A stretch of DNA of 64,000 bases, taken from the IMG/VR virus record IMGVR_UViG_3300049165_000080, positions 2,016 through 66,015 of that record, one strand, 5' to 3'. The position numbers were made by a program, and so were the translations under genes. The DNA comes from a virus (lineage: Duplodnaviria > Caudoviricetes). This document shows, one piece after another, positions 35,930 through 44,467 of this stretch (position 1 is its first letter; every line of letters begins with the position of its first letter). The notes beneath the pieces were generated by a model. That model saw nothing but the letters and a program-made list of their open reading frames with translations, had not been told where the DNA came from and did not search any database.

Positions 35930-37978
35930 ATGAGCAGGGTCGAACAGCCCAAGGAGTCCACACGATCGCAGGTCACCCACCGCTACGTCTCCAAGACACT
36001 CCCGATCATGGCGGGGCTGATCTCCATCGTCGGCTACGCGGGGCTGATCGGCGTGACAACGGCATTCACGCCCAACACGCCAGCGGGGCGAGTCGTGCTG
36101 ATGGTGCTGGCCGCGGTGCTTTCAGCGTGGGCATGGGCCGCAGCCAAAGCGCGCCCCCGCAAGGTACGGGTTCACCTGGCGCTCACGGCCGGCGCCGTGT
36201 CTCTGGCCTGTCTGGCGCACGAACTGATCGAGTTCGCCGCCATCTGGCAATGGAGCGCGCTGTTGTGGCTGGCGCTCGCCGTGTCGTGGGTACTGCACAT
36301 CCTGGTCGAGGAGTCGGCGCGCGACCCCCAGGCGGCCGGACCTAAAGCCATCGCCAGCGCAGGCGACCCTCTGCAGGCGGTGTTCACGCTGGCCGCCCAC
36401 GAGACGCATGCCGAGCCGCTCGCGGTGCGCACCACGAAAGCGACCCCGCACAAGATTTCAGGAGTAGTGACGCTTGAGGCCGGCGACGACGCCGAGCAGT
36501 TCCTGAAGGACGGCGGCCTGGCCTCGGTCGAGTCCGGAGCGAACCTACCGCCCGGATCGCTACAGGGTGACCCCTCGCGGCACTCACGCCGTGAGGTGCA
36601 CGTGAACCTGTCAGACCCGACCGCACTCGACACCCCGCCGCGCTGGCCCGGCCCCTCCCGGCCGGGCGCGTCAATCGCCGACCCGATCCACCTCGGCCTC
36701 TTCCAGACTCTCGACGTGTGCGAGGTGACGCTGATCGGCGGGCACGTCGCCATCACCGGCACGTCCGGCGCGGGCAAAGGCTTCGGCGGCGCGTGGGGCG
36801 CCCTCGGCGAGGCGATCACCCGGCAGGACTTGGCCGTGTTCGCCGCCGACCCGGCCAAGGACGAGCAGACGTTCGGGCCGCTGGCCGCGGCGATGCACGT
36901 TGTGGAGTACACGTCCGGCGGCGGGGTGGCCCTGCTGGGCGACCTCAACGCGGAGATTCCGCGCCGGACGGCATGGCTGTCGGCGCGCAAGTATGCGACC
37001 TGGCGTTCAGGGTGCGGCCTGAAGTACTGGCTGGTGTGGCTGGAGGAGTTCCCACGCCTGGTCGCCGAGATGACCGACAGGGAGTGGGAGGACTTCAAGC
37101 TGCTGCTGAAGGAGATCCGCTCAGCCGGCGGGACCGTGGTCATCAGCCTGCAGGACCTTCACCACAGCGAGGTCGACGACATCGGCGTCATCCGCGGACA
37201 GCTCGGCCGGTGGACCTTCGGCATGATGGGCTGGGAGCAGGCCAAACGGTCACTGTCGGACCGGCAGAAGTCGTTCGAGCTGGCCCCCGGCGGGGCGCCG
37301 CAGGACTGGCAGACGAACTGTCCCGGCCGGTCACTGATCGACCTGAAGGGCATGCCGGCCGAGCTGGTGACGGTGCCGCTGCACACGTGGAACTGGGGCG
37401 AGGACGACGCCGAGCGTTACGCCACGATGGAGGCGCACGTCGCCGGGCACACCCACACCAAGGACCTGCCCGACGACGAGTTCACGGCGAGGATCGTGGC
37501 TAAGGCGCGGCAGCGGTCAGAGGCTCACGGCGATGACCTCGACGACGAGGAACGCCAGGACATCCGCGGCAGCCAGGAGTCGACGAGCGTCGGCGAAGCC
37601 GACCATGTCCTGCGCGAGGCCGGCATCTATCCGGAGCCGGGAGACGACGGCATCGACCCGCGCCAGCCGGTGGTGTCGACGGCAGACCCGGCGATCACCT
37701 TCCCTGGCCAGCCGGAGCCTGAGCCGCAGTTGACGCCCGAGCTGGCGCGTCGGCGGCTTCTGGAAACGCTCTGCGAGTGGGCGGTCGAAGGCCGGACCGA
37801 GTTCGCGACCGCCGACATGCGCCCGATATGGGAGGCGGCCGGCTACACCCGCCAGTGGGCGCAGAAGGCGGCGCACAAACTGCACGACGACGGACTGCTG
37901 CTCCGCGAGGGCGGCGTGTGGGTCCTGATTCCGGAGGCGCTGCTGAGGGCCCGCGAGCGCCAGATGGCGGAGGTGTAG
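35930..37978 (+). CDS. traB: TraB-like FtsK/SpoIIIE conjugative dsDNA translocase
   Basis: N-terminal TM helices; Walker A GTSGAGKG; Walker B WLEE; IRSAGG.V.ISLQ; C-terminal wHTH TRQWAQKAAHKLHDDGLL. Confidence 0.85.
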   Translation: MSRVEQPKESTRSQVTHRYVSKTLPIMAGLISIVGYAGLIGVTTAFTPNTPAGRVVLMVLAAVLSAWAWAAAKARPRKVRVHLALTAGAVSLACLAHELIEFAAIWQWSALLWLALAVSWVLHILVEESARDPQAAGPKAIASAGDPLQAVFTLAAHETHAEPLAVRTTKATPHKISGVVTLEAGDDAEQFLKDGGLASVESGANLPPGSLQGDPSRHSRREVHVNLSDPTALDTPPRWPGPSRPGASIADPIHLGLFQTLDVCEVTLIGGHVAITGTSGAGKGFGGAWGALGEAITRQDLAVFAADPAKDEQTFGPLAAAMHVVEYTSGGGVALLGDLNAEIPRRTAWLSARKYATWRSGCGLKYWLVWLEEFPRLVAEMTDREWEDFKLLLKEIRSAGGTVVISLQDLHHSEVDDIGVIRGQLGRWTFGMMGWEQAKRSLSDRQKSFELAPGGAPQDWQTNCPGRSLIDLKGMPAELVTVPLHTWNWGEDDAERYATMEAHVAGHTHTKDLPDDEFTARIVAKARQRSEAHGDDLDDEERQDIRGSQESTSVGEADHVLREAGIYPEPGDDGIDPRQPVVSTADPAITFPGQPEPEPQLTPELARRRLLETLCEWAVEGRTEFATADMRPIWEAAGYTRQWAQKAAHKLHDDGLLLREGGVWVLIPEALLRARERQMAEV

Positions 37979-37981
37979 CCG

Positions 37982-38112
37982 GGTGGCACTTCTGGAGCGT
38001 GGCACCCCGTAACGGGCCGGACGCGAGGGTTACAGGTCAACGGGGTGCAACGCGCCCGTGGCAGCCCATCGTGGCACCTCCGTGGCAGGGACCGTTGCAC
38101 CCCCCGTGGCAC
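37982..38112 (+). repeat. clt-like locus: 8 copies of the 8-mer (C/G)GT(G/T)GCA(C/G)
   Basis: Copies at 37982, 37998, 38045 (inverted), 38057, 38070, 38081, 38093 and 38105, immediately after the traB stop. Confidence 0.75.
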
Positions 38113-38178
38113 CCCCTGAGACGCCCCTCACTCATCATCCTCACCGCTTCACCCCCAAGGCAGACAGGAGCCACGCAG

Positions 38179-38439
38179 ATGCTGATCGACATGCTCGACA
38201 CCCTCACCCAGGCCGCAGCCGCCACCTCGTGGATGGACGGGGCACTGTGCGCCCAAGCCGACCCAGAGGAGTGGTTCCCCAACCCCGGTGAGCACTCCCA
38301 GGCTGCGAAGGCGATCTGTGACGGCTGTCCGATCCGTCAGGAGTGCCTCGACTACGCCCGCGCCGAGGACATCCGGTGGGGCGTTTGGGGCGGCCTGACC
38401 GCCAGCGAGCGCCTCCCCGATCAAGACCTCGCCGCCTGA
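38179..38439 (+). CDS. whiB: Second WhiB family protein
   Basis: ALCAQADPEEWFP...AKAICDGCPIRQEC...GVWGG. Confidence 0.93.
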   Translation: MLIDMLDTLTQAAAATSWMDGALCAQADPEEWFPNPGEHSQAAKAICDGCPIRQECLDYARAEDIRWGVWGGLTASERLPDQDLAA

Positions 38440-38478
38440 CCGACCAGCCCCCTCCACCACTCGAACAGAGGAGACAGC

Positions 38479-38649
38479 ATGGCCAGCGACAAGCCCAGAC
38501 GGCGGCCCAGGATCAGGCAGACGGCGAAGGTCGTTAACAACACGACCGGCCCCGTCCGGATCGACGGCGTCATCGCCTACGACAGCGACGGCAACCCGGT
38601 GGGGCGGGTCGGCGTTGAGGCGCCGGGCGACGAAGACGTTGCGGAGTAG
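38479..38649 (+). CDS. Small hypothetical protein
   Basis: GAGGAG RBS; hand-translated 56-aa ORF MASDKPRRR... Confidence 0.5.
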   Translation: MASDKPRRRPRIRQTAKVVNNTTGPVRIDGVIAYDSDGNPVGRVGVEAPGDEDVAE

Positions 38650-38748
38650 TCCGTGAATGCGTGAGAGCCCTGGGCGGCTTCCCCACTGCCCGGGACTCTC
38701 GCATGTCCAGACTATGCCTTTATGTCCGTTTCGGCGTAGTGTGCTGGC

Positions 38749-38946
38749 GTGGCAACCTGGCACGGCCCCGGCGGCATCGAAGTGGAGCCCATCATCCTCA
38801 ATGATCGGCCACGCCTACGCGTCACCCAGACCGTAAACGGCCGCCGATACCTGCTCGGCTACTGCGCCACCGTCCGCCAGGTGGCCAAGCACGTAGACCT
38901 AGCCGACCTCGTCGAGGTCATCCCGCTCCGCCGCGGCGTCGCGTAG
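38749..38946 (+). CDS. Small hypothetical protein
   Basis: WHGPGGIEVEPIIL...YLLGYC...VDLADL. Confidence 0.6.
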   Translation: MATWHGPGGIEVEPIILNDRPRLRVTQTVNGRRYLLGYCATVRQVAKHVDLADLVEVIPLRRGVA

Positions 38947-39198
38947 CACCTTCTCCGCCGCCTGCCGGCTGTCCACCGTCGCCCACCACGGGTGGGTCTG
39001 GATCTGTACGGCCAGCCGGCGGCACTCGTCCTGCGCTGCCCGCCACTCCTGCCGCTGCTCCTCCGTGGATGGTTCTGCTTCCTGCGCGCGTACGGCTGCC
39101 TCTGATGGCATGGCACGGCCGAGGGTGGCGAGACGCTCCTCAGCGTCCTGGAAGTCGCGTCTCATCTGCAGCAGGTCTTCAGGTGGGGTGTAGGCCAT
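38899..39198 (-). CDS. Helical hypothetical protein
   Basis: MAYTPPEDLLQMRRDF...HPWW. Confidence 0.6.
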   Translation of the reverse strand: MAYTPPEDLLQMRRDFQDAEERLATLGRAMPSEAAVRAQEAEPSTEEQRQEWRAAQDECRRLAVQIQTHPWWATVDSRQAAEKVLRDAAAERDDLDEVG

Positions 39199-39514
39199 GG
39201 CCCGGATCGTAGCCGGGCAGTCGTCCACACCTGCGCCCGGCCTGCACATACACCGATCGAAGGAGGCTCGCCCCGGCCATGCCACGCCGCAGGGACTACG
39301 GTTGGGGCTCCACGTTGTCTCGACCGTGGGGCATCTTTTTGCAACCTGTCGGCGTAGCGTTTCCTATCGTTCCCGCGATCTCGTAAGAGCAGGGAAAACA
39401 ACCCGGAGTGATCGCCCTGTACCAGTGCAGGTCAGTGTTTTCTGTCCCCAGACGAGGTTATGTTGACAGCGAGAGACCAAGTCGAGTGGCTCATCGGGGG
39501 TCGAAGAGGAGGTC

Positions 39515-39718
39515 GTGATGGCGTTACTGCACCGTACGGAGCAGGACCAACCAGAAGTCGAAGTCATAGAGCTCACGGGCGACGAGTACCAAGAAGCCCG
39601 GAGCAATGCCCTGAGCGAACTCGGGGTCACCTATGACGAGTTGGCGCGACAGGCTAAGGAACGCAGGTTCGCGTCGCTCAAGCACCGGAAGCTCTGGCTC
39701 CTCATCCGCGAGTATTGA
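39515..39718 (+). CDS. Small acidic/helical protein (antitoxin-like partner)
   Basis: GAGGAGG RBS; overlaps the next gene. Confidence 0.7.
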   Translation: MMALLHRTEQDQPEVEVIELTGDEYQEARSNALSELGVTYDELARQAKERRFASLKHRKLWLLIREY

Positions 39719-40391
39719 TGTAGCGAAGGTCCACCAGGAGGCTCGTAAGTTCGGCGAGTACGTCCAGCACACGCTGAACGCCACCGTCTGTGATCACGCG
39801 AGGATCACAGCGATGGTCTCCCCGCGAGATCGCGACATCGTCATCGTCGCGAAGGGGCTGTCCAAGACATCCCTGGATAGCGAGTCCTTCCCCCTTCGCC
39901 CCGTACCGCGCTCGGCCATCCGCGCCTGGATGGATCTGTCCTTCCGCTTCTGCTACGACCCCGAAGGCGAGTACTTCACCGTCCTATCGTCCTTCGTCGC
40001 GATCTACGGCGACGAACAAGGCGACACATGCCTCTGCCACTTCGACTACGAACGCAACAAGGCAGACGGCTACCCAGAAGCACACATCCAGGTGTACGGG
40101 CAATCGCCCGTCCTGGACTCCTGGGGAGGCCCCCTGCTGGAGCGTGGCCTCCACCGCCTCCACTTCCCCGCCGGCCACCGCCGCTTCCGCTGGTGCCTCG
40201 AAGACGTCATCGAGTTCGTCATCGCAGAGAAGATGGTGGACGCCAAACCCGGCTGGCAGGACGTCATCGAGCCCGGCCGCAAGATGTTCCATCAGATGCA
40301 GCTGAAGGCCGCCATCCGCCGCGACATCGATACGGCGATCAACTACCTGGAGGACGAGGGGTACACGGTGACCCCACCCCAGAAGCGGTAG
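39633..40391 (+). CDS. Uncharacterised His-motif protein, possible toxin or defence effector (start uncertain)
   Basis: CHFDYER, YPEAHIQ, RLHFP, LEDVIEF; coupled to the small upstream ORF; terminator follows. Confidence 0.65.
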   Translation: MTSWRDRLRNAGSRRSSTGSSGSSSASIDVAKVHQEARKFGEYVQHTLNATVCDHARITAMVSPRDRDIVIVAKGLSKTSLDSESFPLRPVPRSAIRAWMDLSFRFCYDPEGEYFTVLSSFVAIYGDEQGDTCLCHFDYERNKADGYPEAHIQVYGQSPVLDSWGGPLLERGLHRLHFPAGHRRFRWCLEDVIEFVIAEKMVDAKPGWQDVIEPGRKMFHQMQLKAAIRRDIDTAINYLEDEGYTVTPPQKR

Positions 40392-40405
40392 CCGTACAAC
40401 GCAAA

Positions 40406-40445
40406 GCAGCCCCCGCCCGGGTCCGTAGACCAAGGCGGGGGCTGC
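40406..40445. terminator. Hairpin terminator
   Basis: GCAGCCCCCGCC / GGCGGGGGCTGC. Confidence 0.75.
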
Positions 40446-40528
40446 TCGCTGCAGGGCGACGACGCTGACAGCGGAAGATTTGCTCCGCCAAGTCGACATC
40501 CCCGGCAAGGGGCCGTCGAACCGCCCGA

Positions 40529-40798
40529 TCAGGAGAGGCGCAGGAACATCTCCAATAGCCCCTTCCGATCGAGCTCTTGCCGGTACACCGCCGGACAGCC
40601 ATCGCACTGCACGTCGTCGCCATCGATGAAAAGGGTTACCGCCTCGCATTCCTGGCAGTACACGGAGGCGAAGCCGCAGCTGTCACAGAAGCCGGCCAGC
40701 ACGACACGGCCGTCCTCATCCCGCCACTCGCGCATGGAGACGTCGCCGTGCCGGCAGTTGTTAGCAGGGCACGCGACGGAGCTAGGACTTGAGGTCAT
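40529..40798 (-). CDS. Small multi-CxxC zinc-ribbon protein
   Basis: CDSC, CQEC, CDGC. Confidence 0.55.
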   Translation of the reverse strand: MTSSPSSVACPANNCRHGDVSMREWRDEDGRVVLAGFCDSCGFASVYCQECEAVTLFIDGDDVQCDGCPAVYRQELDRKGLLEMFLRLS

Positions 40799-40847
40799 AG
40801 CCTCATTACCTACCAGGCCTCGGCCCATCACAAGAGGCAGACAGCAC

Positions 40848-40884
40848 GAACGGCCCCCACCGTCCGTAGACGGTGGGGCCGTTC
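40848..40884. terminator. Long hairpin ending the late/lysis operon
   Basis: GAACGGCCCCCACCGTC-CGTA-GACGGTGGGGCCGTTC. Confidence 0.8.
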
Positions 40885-41144
40885 GCATCACCCGGGGAGG
40901 GTGGCACTCGCCCACCAGAAGCAGGCGAGGGGATCCGCCCGCCGCTGTACCGCCGTGCGGCGGGTGTCACAGATTCCTGTGGCAGAGGCGGGTCAGTCCG
41001 AGCACCCATCGGGATAGGCGAACCAATGCCAGCGGTTCGCGCCGGACCTGAACCGGGGACGGTAGCCGCTGGCGGGCCGCCGAACCGGTGGCGCTCCGAA
41101 CGCTACCCCGATGGGTGCTCGGACGTACCTTCTCAGGGTAGCGC

Positions 41145-41498
41145 TCAGGCGCTGGTGACCGCCGTCTCCTTCGGCTCCTGGTTCTGCCGCAGCATCAGCG
41201 CCAGGACTGCGGCCAAAGCCGCGATGAGGACGCCCTGCTGAGTGGTGGTGAACGTCAAGCCCGGAAGCCCGAACGCCACGATGCCCGTCAGGACGGTCTG
41301 GGCCGCGCCCGTGATGGCTGCTACGACGAACGGGCGCGTGGTCAGCGCCACGATCAGTGCCAGCACACCGTTCGCGATGGTCATCGTGTAGTCGGCGGCG
41401 TCCCCGGTCAGGGTTCCGAACGCGACCAGGACCGCGAGCAGGGACTGCAGGCCGTACAGGATGGCCGCAGGGTCACGGCCGAGAATCTTGAACTGCAT
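41145..41498 (-). CDS. Holin
   Basis: About four TM helices, MQFKILGRDPA start, lysis-cassette position. Confidence 0.8.
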   Translation of the reverse strand: MQFKILGRDPAAILYGLQSLLAVLVAFGTLTGDAADYTMTIANGVLALIVALTTRPFVVAAITGAAQTVLTGIVAFGLPGLTFTTTQQGVLIAALAAVLALMLRQNQEPKETAVTSA

Positions 41499-41507
41499 GA
41501 CAGCCTC

Positions 41508-42071
41508 CTACGGCTTGACGGTGTAGCCGCCGTTCCAGTCCCAGGACTTGCTGGAGTACACGTCACCGTTGGCCTTGCTCACCCAGGCCGTGTCGGCGTC
41601 GTTGTTGTAGAACTGGCCAGCGGTGCCACAGTCGGGGTCGCTGTTGGCGAACAGCTGGTACTCGTTACCGTTGACTTTCCGGTCTCCGCCCCACCTGCGT
41701 CCGTTGAAGACGGTCACGAACTCGCCGTTGGCGATCGTGGTGGTGGCGTTGTCCGGCAGGTTCGTGACCTTGTACGTGTTGCAGCTGTGGGAGTCTCCCG
41801 CCACCGTCTTGGCGTGAGCCCAGTTGTCCTCGACGAGGACGTTCGCGACGTCGATGGAACCGCCGGACACGTTCTGGAACTTCACGAACTCGCGGTTCCG
41901 GTTCGCGTAGGTGTCCACACCCATGGCGTCGGTACCGACCTCAACAATCTTGAGGACGGTGCCAGGCACGTCAGCGGCAGTGGAAGCCGCGGTAGCGGAC
42001 GACGGTACGCCGGCCATGACCGCCGCGGTGGCGAACGTCGTGACCAGGATCAGGGACTTGTTGATGCGCAT
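41508..42071 (-). CDS. Secreted lamin-tail-domain (LTD)-like protein
   Basis: Signal peptide; LKIVEV..D..G.D...N.NREFVKFQN...IDV; YNNDAD. Confidence 0.7.
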   Translation of the reverse strand: MRINKSLILVTTFATAAVMAGVPSSATAASTAADVPGTVLKIVEVGTDAMGVDTYANRNREFVKFQNVSGGSIDVANVLVEDNWAHAKTVAGDSHSCNTYKVTNLPDNATTTIANGEFVTVFNGRRWGGDRKVNGNEYQLFANSDPDCGTAGQFYNNDADTAWVSKANGDVYSSKSWDWNGGYTVKP

Positions 42072-42278
42072 TGAGGGTGACTCCTCGGATGGGTGACATG
42101 CGAAGAGGCGGCCCGCATCTGGCAGGTCCGCCTCGGGACGACTCTCAACGGAGAGCCGGTTAGTTGGCCTCATCAATGAGGCCGGGGATACGCCCGTCTC
42201 CGGGCTCGTGCTGCTCTACGGGCTCGGGATGCCGCGGCAGCCACGTCTGATACGGCCAGTACTGCAGCCAGAAGCTGG

Positions 42279-42980
42279 TCACTTTCCGAGCGCGGCCAGG
42301 ACCGCGTCCAGCTTCTCGTCCAGATCGTCGAGGCGGGACTTGATGCGGTCCTGCTCCGTCTCCAGCTCCTGCAGGACGGCGGCCGGCGAGCGCTCCGACT
42401 CGGTCTTCTCGCCCTTGTTCATTTTGATCCGGGCGTCATGCCAGACAGCGTTAACGTCCACGTCGTCCTCCTCGATGGTCTTCGAGCCGGTGGGGCTCTT
42501 GGTGAAGGTGCCGTCCCGGACCAGCCGGTACAGGGTGTCGCCGGGGCATGAGGTGCTGTAAAAGTCGCGGTGGCCTTTCACCGCGGCGCCGAGTCCGCGG
42601 CCCATCAGATACGCCCGCAGTTCGCGCACCGCTTCGATCTGCGGCGGCGGCGGCTTCTCGCCAGGCCCCGACATGAGCGTCACGCTGTACCAGGTGGTGT
42701 TACCGCCGGGCTGGGCGGCCTGGGCGTGGTTCTCGCCTCGGCCCTCAAACACGAACCCGTGCGGGCACGCCCCGAAGCTGTATCCGATGTCGACCCACTG
42801 CCGGTTTGATCCGGTGTGGAATTTGCGGGTCCGCCGCCAGTAGTCGACGCAGGATGCGTGCGGCTTGCTGGCGAGGCCCTGGTCGGACCCGTCGTAGTGG
42901 ATGACTAGGCCTTGCCGGGGTTTCGCGTAGGCGGCCCCTGTCGTGCCCCAGCCGAACTCGGCACGCTTCACAAGCTGCAT
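42279..42980 (-). CDS. Endolysin, N-acetylmuramoyl-L-alanine amidase (Amidase_2/PGRP-like)
   Basis: LVIHY, WVDIGY, VFEGRG, GHRDFYSTSCPG. Confidence 0.93.
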   Translation of the reverse strand: MQLVKRAEFGWGTTGAAYAKPRQGLVIHYDGSDQGLASKPHASCVDYWRRTRKFHTGSNRQWVDIGYSFGACPHGFVFEGRGENHAQAAQPGGNTTWYSVTLMSGPGEKPPPPQIEAVRELRAYLMGRGLGAAVKGHRDFYSTSCPGDTLYRLVRDGTFTKSPTGSKTIEEDDVDVNAVWHDARIKMNKGEKTESERSPAAVLQELETEQDRIKSRLDDLDEKLDAVLAALGK

Positions 42981-42983
42981 TTG

Positions 42984-43589
42984 TCAGCCTCCCGGCTCAC
43001 AGGTGTAGGTGGTGGATCCTGGCTCTGTTGGCGTGCACCGGTAGGTGATGCCGAGGTGGGTGAACGTCCAGGAGGTGGGTGGCGGGCCGGGTTCGCCGCG
43101 CGGCCCCGGGTCGCCCTGTTCGCCCTTCGGCCCGGCGGGTCCGTCTTTACCGTCGCCGCCGTCTGCGCCCTTGTCGCCCTTCGGGCCGGGTGGGCCAGTG
43201 ACCGTCTCTCCTGGCTCGCCCCTGGGGCCGGGGCTTCCCGCCACGCCGGCGGGCCCCTGCGGGCCTACAGCGCCATCTTTCCCGTCCCTGCCTGGTCTTC
43301 CCGGCGGGCCACTCGGACCCGGCGAACCACGCGGGCCGACGATCGTCTGCCCCGGCGGACCAGGCTCTCCACGCTCCCCCGGAGGGCCGGCGGAAGGCGA
43401 TACAAGCGGCACCCCGCCCATCCGTTCCACCTGCTCAGACAGGATCTGCCCGTCTTCCTCGGCCTTCCGCAACTGCTCACCCAGCGCGTTGATCTGGATG
43501 GACGCCCACACTCCGAGAAGTGCGACCATGCCCGCGATCGCAATGATGATCCAGTTGCGGCGCACCCGGCGCACATGCTCGCCCATCAC
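42984..43589 (-). CDS. Membrane-anchored collagen-like protein
   Basis: N-terminal TM, short coiled coil, long G-X-Y run, C-terminal YRC...YTC. Confidence 0.85.
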   Translation of the reverse strand: MMGEHVRRVRRNWIIIAIAGMVALLGVWASIQINALGEQLRKAEEDGQILSEQVERMGGVPLVSPSAGPPGERGEPGPPGQTIVGPRGSPGPSGPPGRPGRDGKDGAVGPQGPAGVAGSPGPRGEPGETVTGPPGPKGDKGADGGDGKDGPAGPKGEQGDPGPRGEPGPPPTSWTFTHLGITYRCTPTEPGSTTYTCEPGG

Positions 43590-43909
43590 GAGCCACCTCG
43601 CGCGGCCATCCAGATCTGGACCACGATGGACACCATCATGAACAGCGCGGGCAGCAGACCTGCGTACACGGCCTGGCGGACGTTCGTGCCGCGCTTCTCC
43701 GTCGCCTGGTCGATCGACGCTTTGAGAGCCTTCAGGTCCTCGGTGAGTTGCCGCCGCATCTCCACGACGTCGGCTTCCAGCTCGGTGAAACGCCGGTCGT
43801 CGAAGCGTCGATCGGCTGTGTACTCGGTCCTTTGGACGAGTTGCGTCAGTGACATGGTCACCTGGTCGATCCGGCGGGAGAGTTCGCCCGGGGATGGGGC
43901 ATCGGTCAC
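43586..43909 (-). CDS. Coiled-coil protein with C-terminal TM (lysis accessory)
   Basis: GTG start after GAGGAG; C-terminal hydrophobic helix. Confidence 0.7.
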   Translation of the reverse strand: MTDAPSPGELSRRIDQVTMSLTQLVQRTEYTADRRFDDRRFTELEADVVEMRRQLTEDLKALKASIDQATEKRGTNVRQAVYAGLLPALFMMVSIVVQIWMAARGGS

Positions 43910-44069
43910 GTCACTCCTCGCCGTAGAAGGTGTGCCGTCCGCCGGCACCCTCAAGCGGCGGACGGCACGATCAAGGGGTGTCCGGATGTGGACATGCGCG
44001 GGATGTCATCCGGGGGGATGCTTGGGGCGTCTCATTCCGCCACTACAGCCGCCGTCGCTAGGAGTCGTT

Positions 44070-44276
44070 ATGGGTTATCCGCCGCCGGATCCTCGTCAGC
44101 CGCGCAAGGTGAAGGCGGTGCACAAGCAGCGCGGGTTGAGTGGCATGTCGCATGCGACGCATCTGGTGTTGACGGTGTGCACGTGCGGCGTGTGGGGGCT
44201 GCTGGTCTGGTTGCCGTGGTGGCTGTTCAGGATGGTGTTCCGGAAGAAGCGGAAGACCACCTACTACTACCGGTAG
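44070..44276 (+). CDS. Small membrane protein on the strand opposite the late genes
   Basis: AGGAG RBS; MGYPPPDP...HLVLTVCTCGVWGLLVWLPWWL...RKKRK. Confidence 0.65.
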   Translation: MGYPPPDPRQPRKVKAVHKQRGLSGMSHATHLVLTVCTCGVWGLLVWLPWWLFRMVFRKKRKTTYYYR

Positions 44277-44278
44277 GG

Positions 44279-44467
44279 CTAGCTGGCTGCGTCGGCGCGG
44301 AGTTTCTCCAGCTCGGCGGCAAGCTGGTCGCGTTCGGCCATGAACTGCATGGCGATGGCCTCCCACTGCGCGGCCAGATCGAGAGCGGTGTTGCGCTGCT
44401 GAGCAAGCAACGGCGCAACGGCTTCGACCGGGACGGAAAGCCGCTGGTCAGGCTGCTGGTTGTTCAC
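44279..44467 (-). CDS. Small coiled-coil tail-associated protein
   Basis: Follows the tail protein; LLAQQRNTALD. Confidence 0.65.
   Translation of the reverse strand: MNNQQPDQRLSVPVEAVAPLLAQQRNTALDLAAQWEAIAMQFMAERDQLAAELEKLRADAAS

Noticed and set aside
35930-37978. Host chromosomal FtsK or a type VII secretion EccC ATPase
   Set aside because: Single ATPase domain, plasmid-type neighbours and adjacent 8-bp repeats; no ESX or cell-division context.
39301-39312. GTTGGGGCTCCA as a second att core bounding an independent AICE
   Set aside because: Short, imperfect, opposite in orientation to the real core, with no arm sites or integrase nearby; probably chance.
42984-43589. Collagen-like tail fibre
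   Set aside because: The N-terminal TM anchor and position within the lysis cassette argue against a virion fibre.
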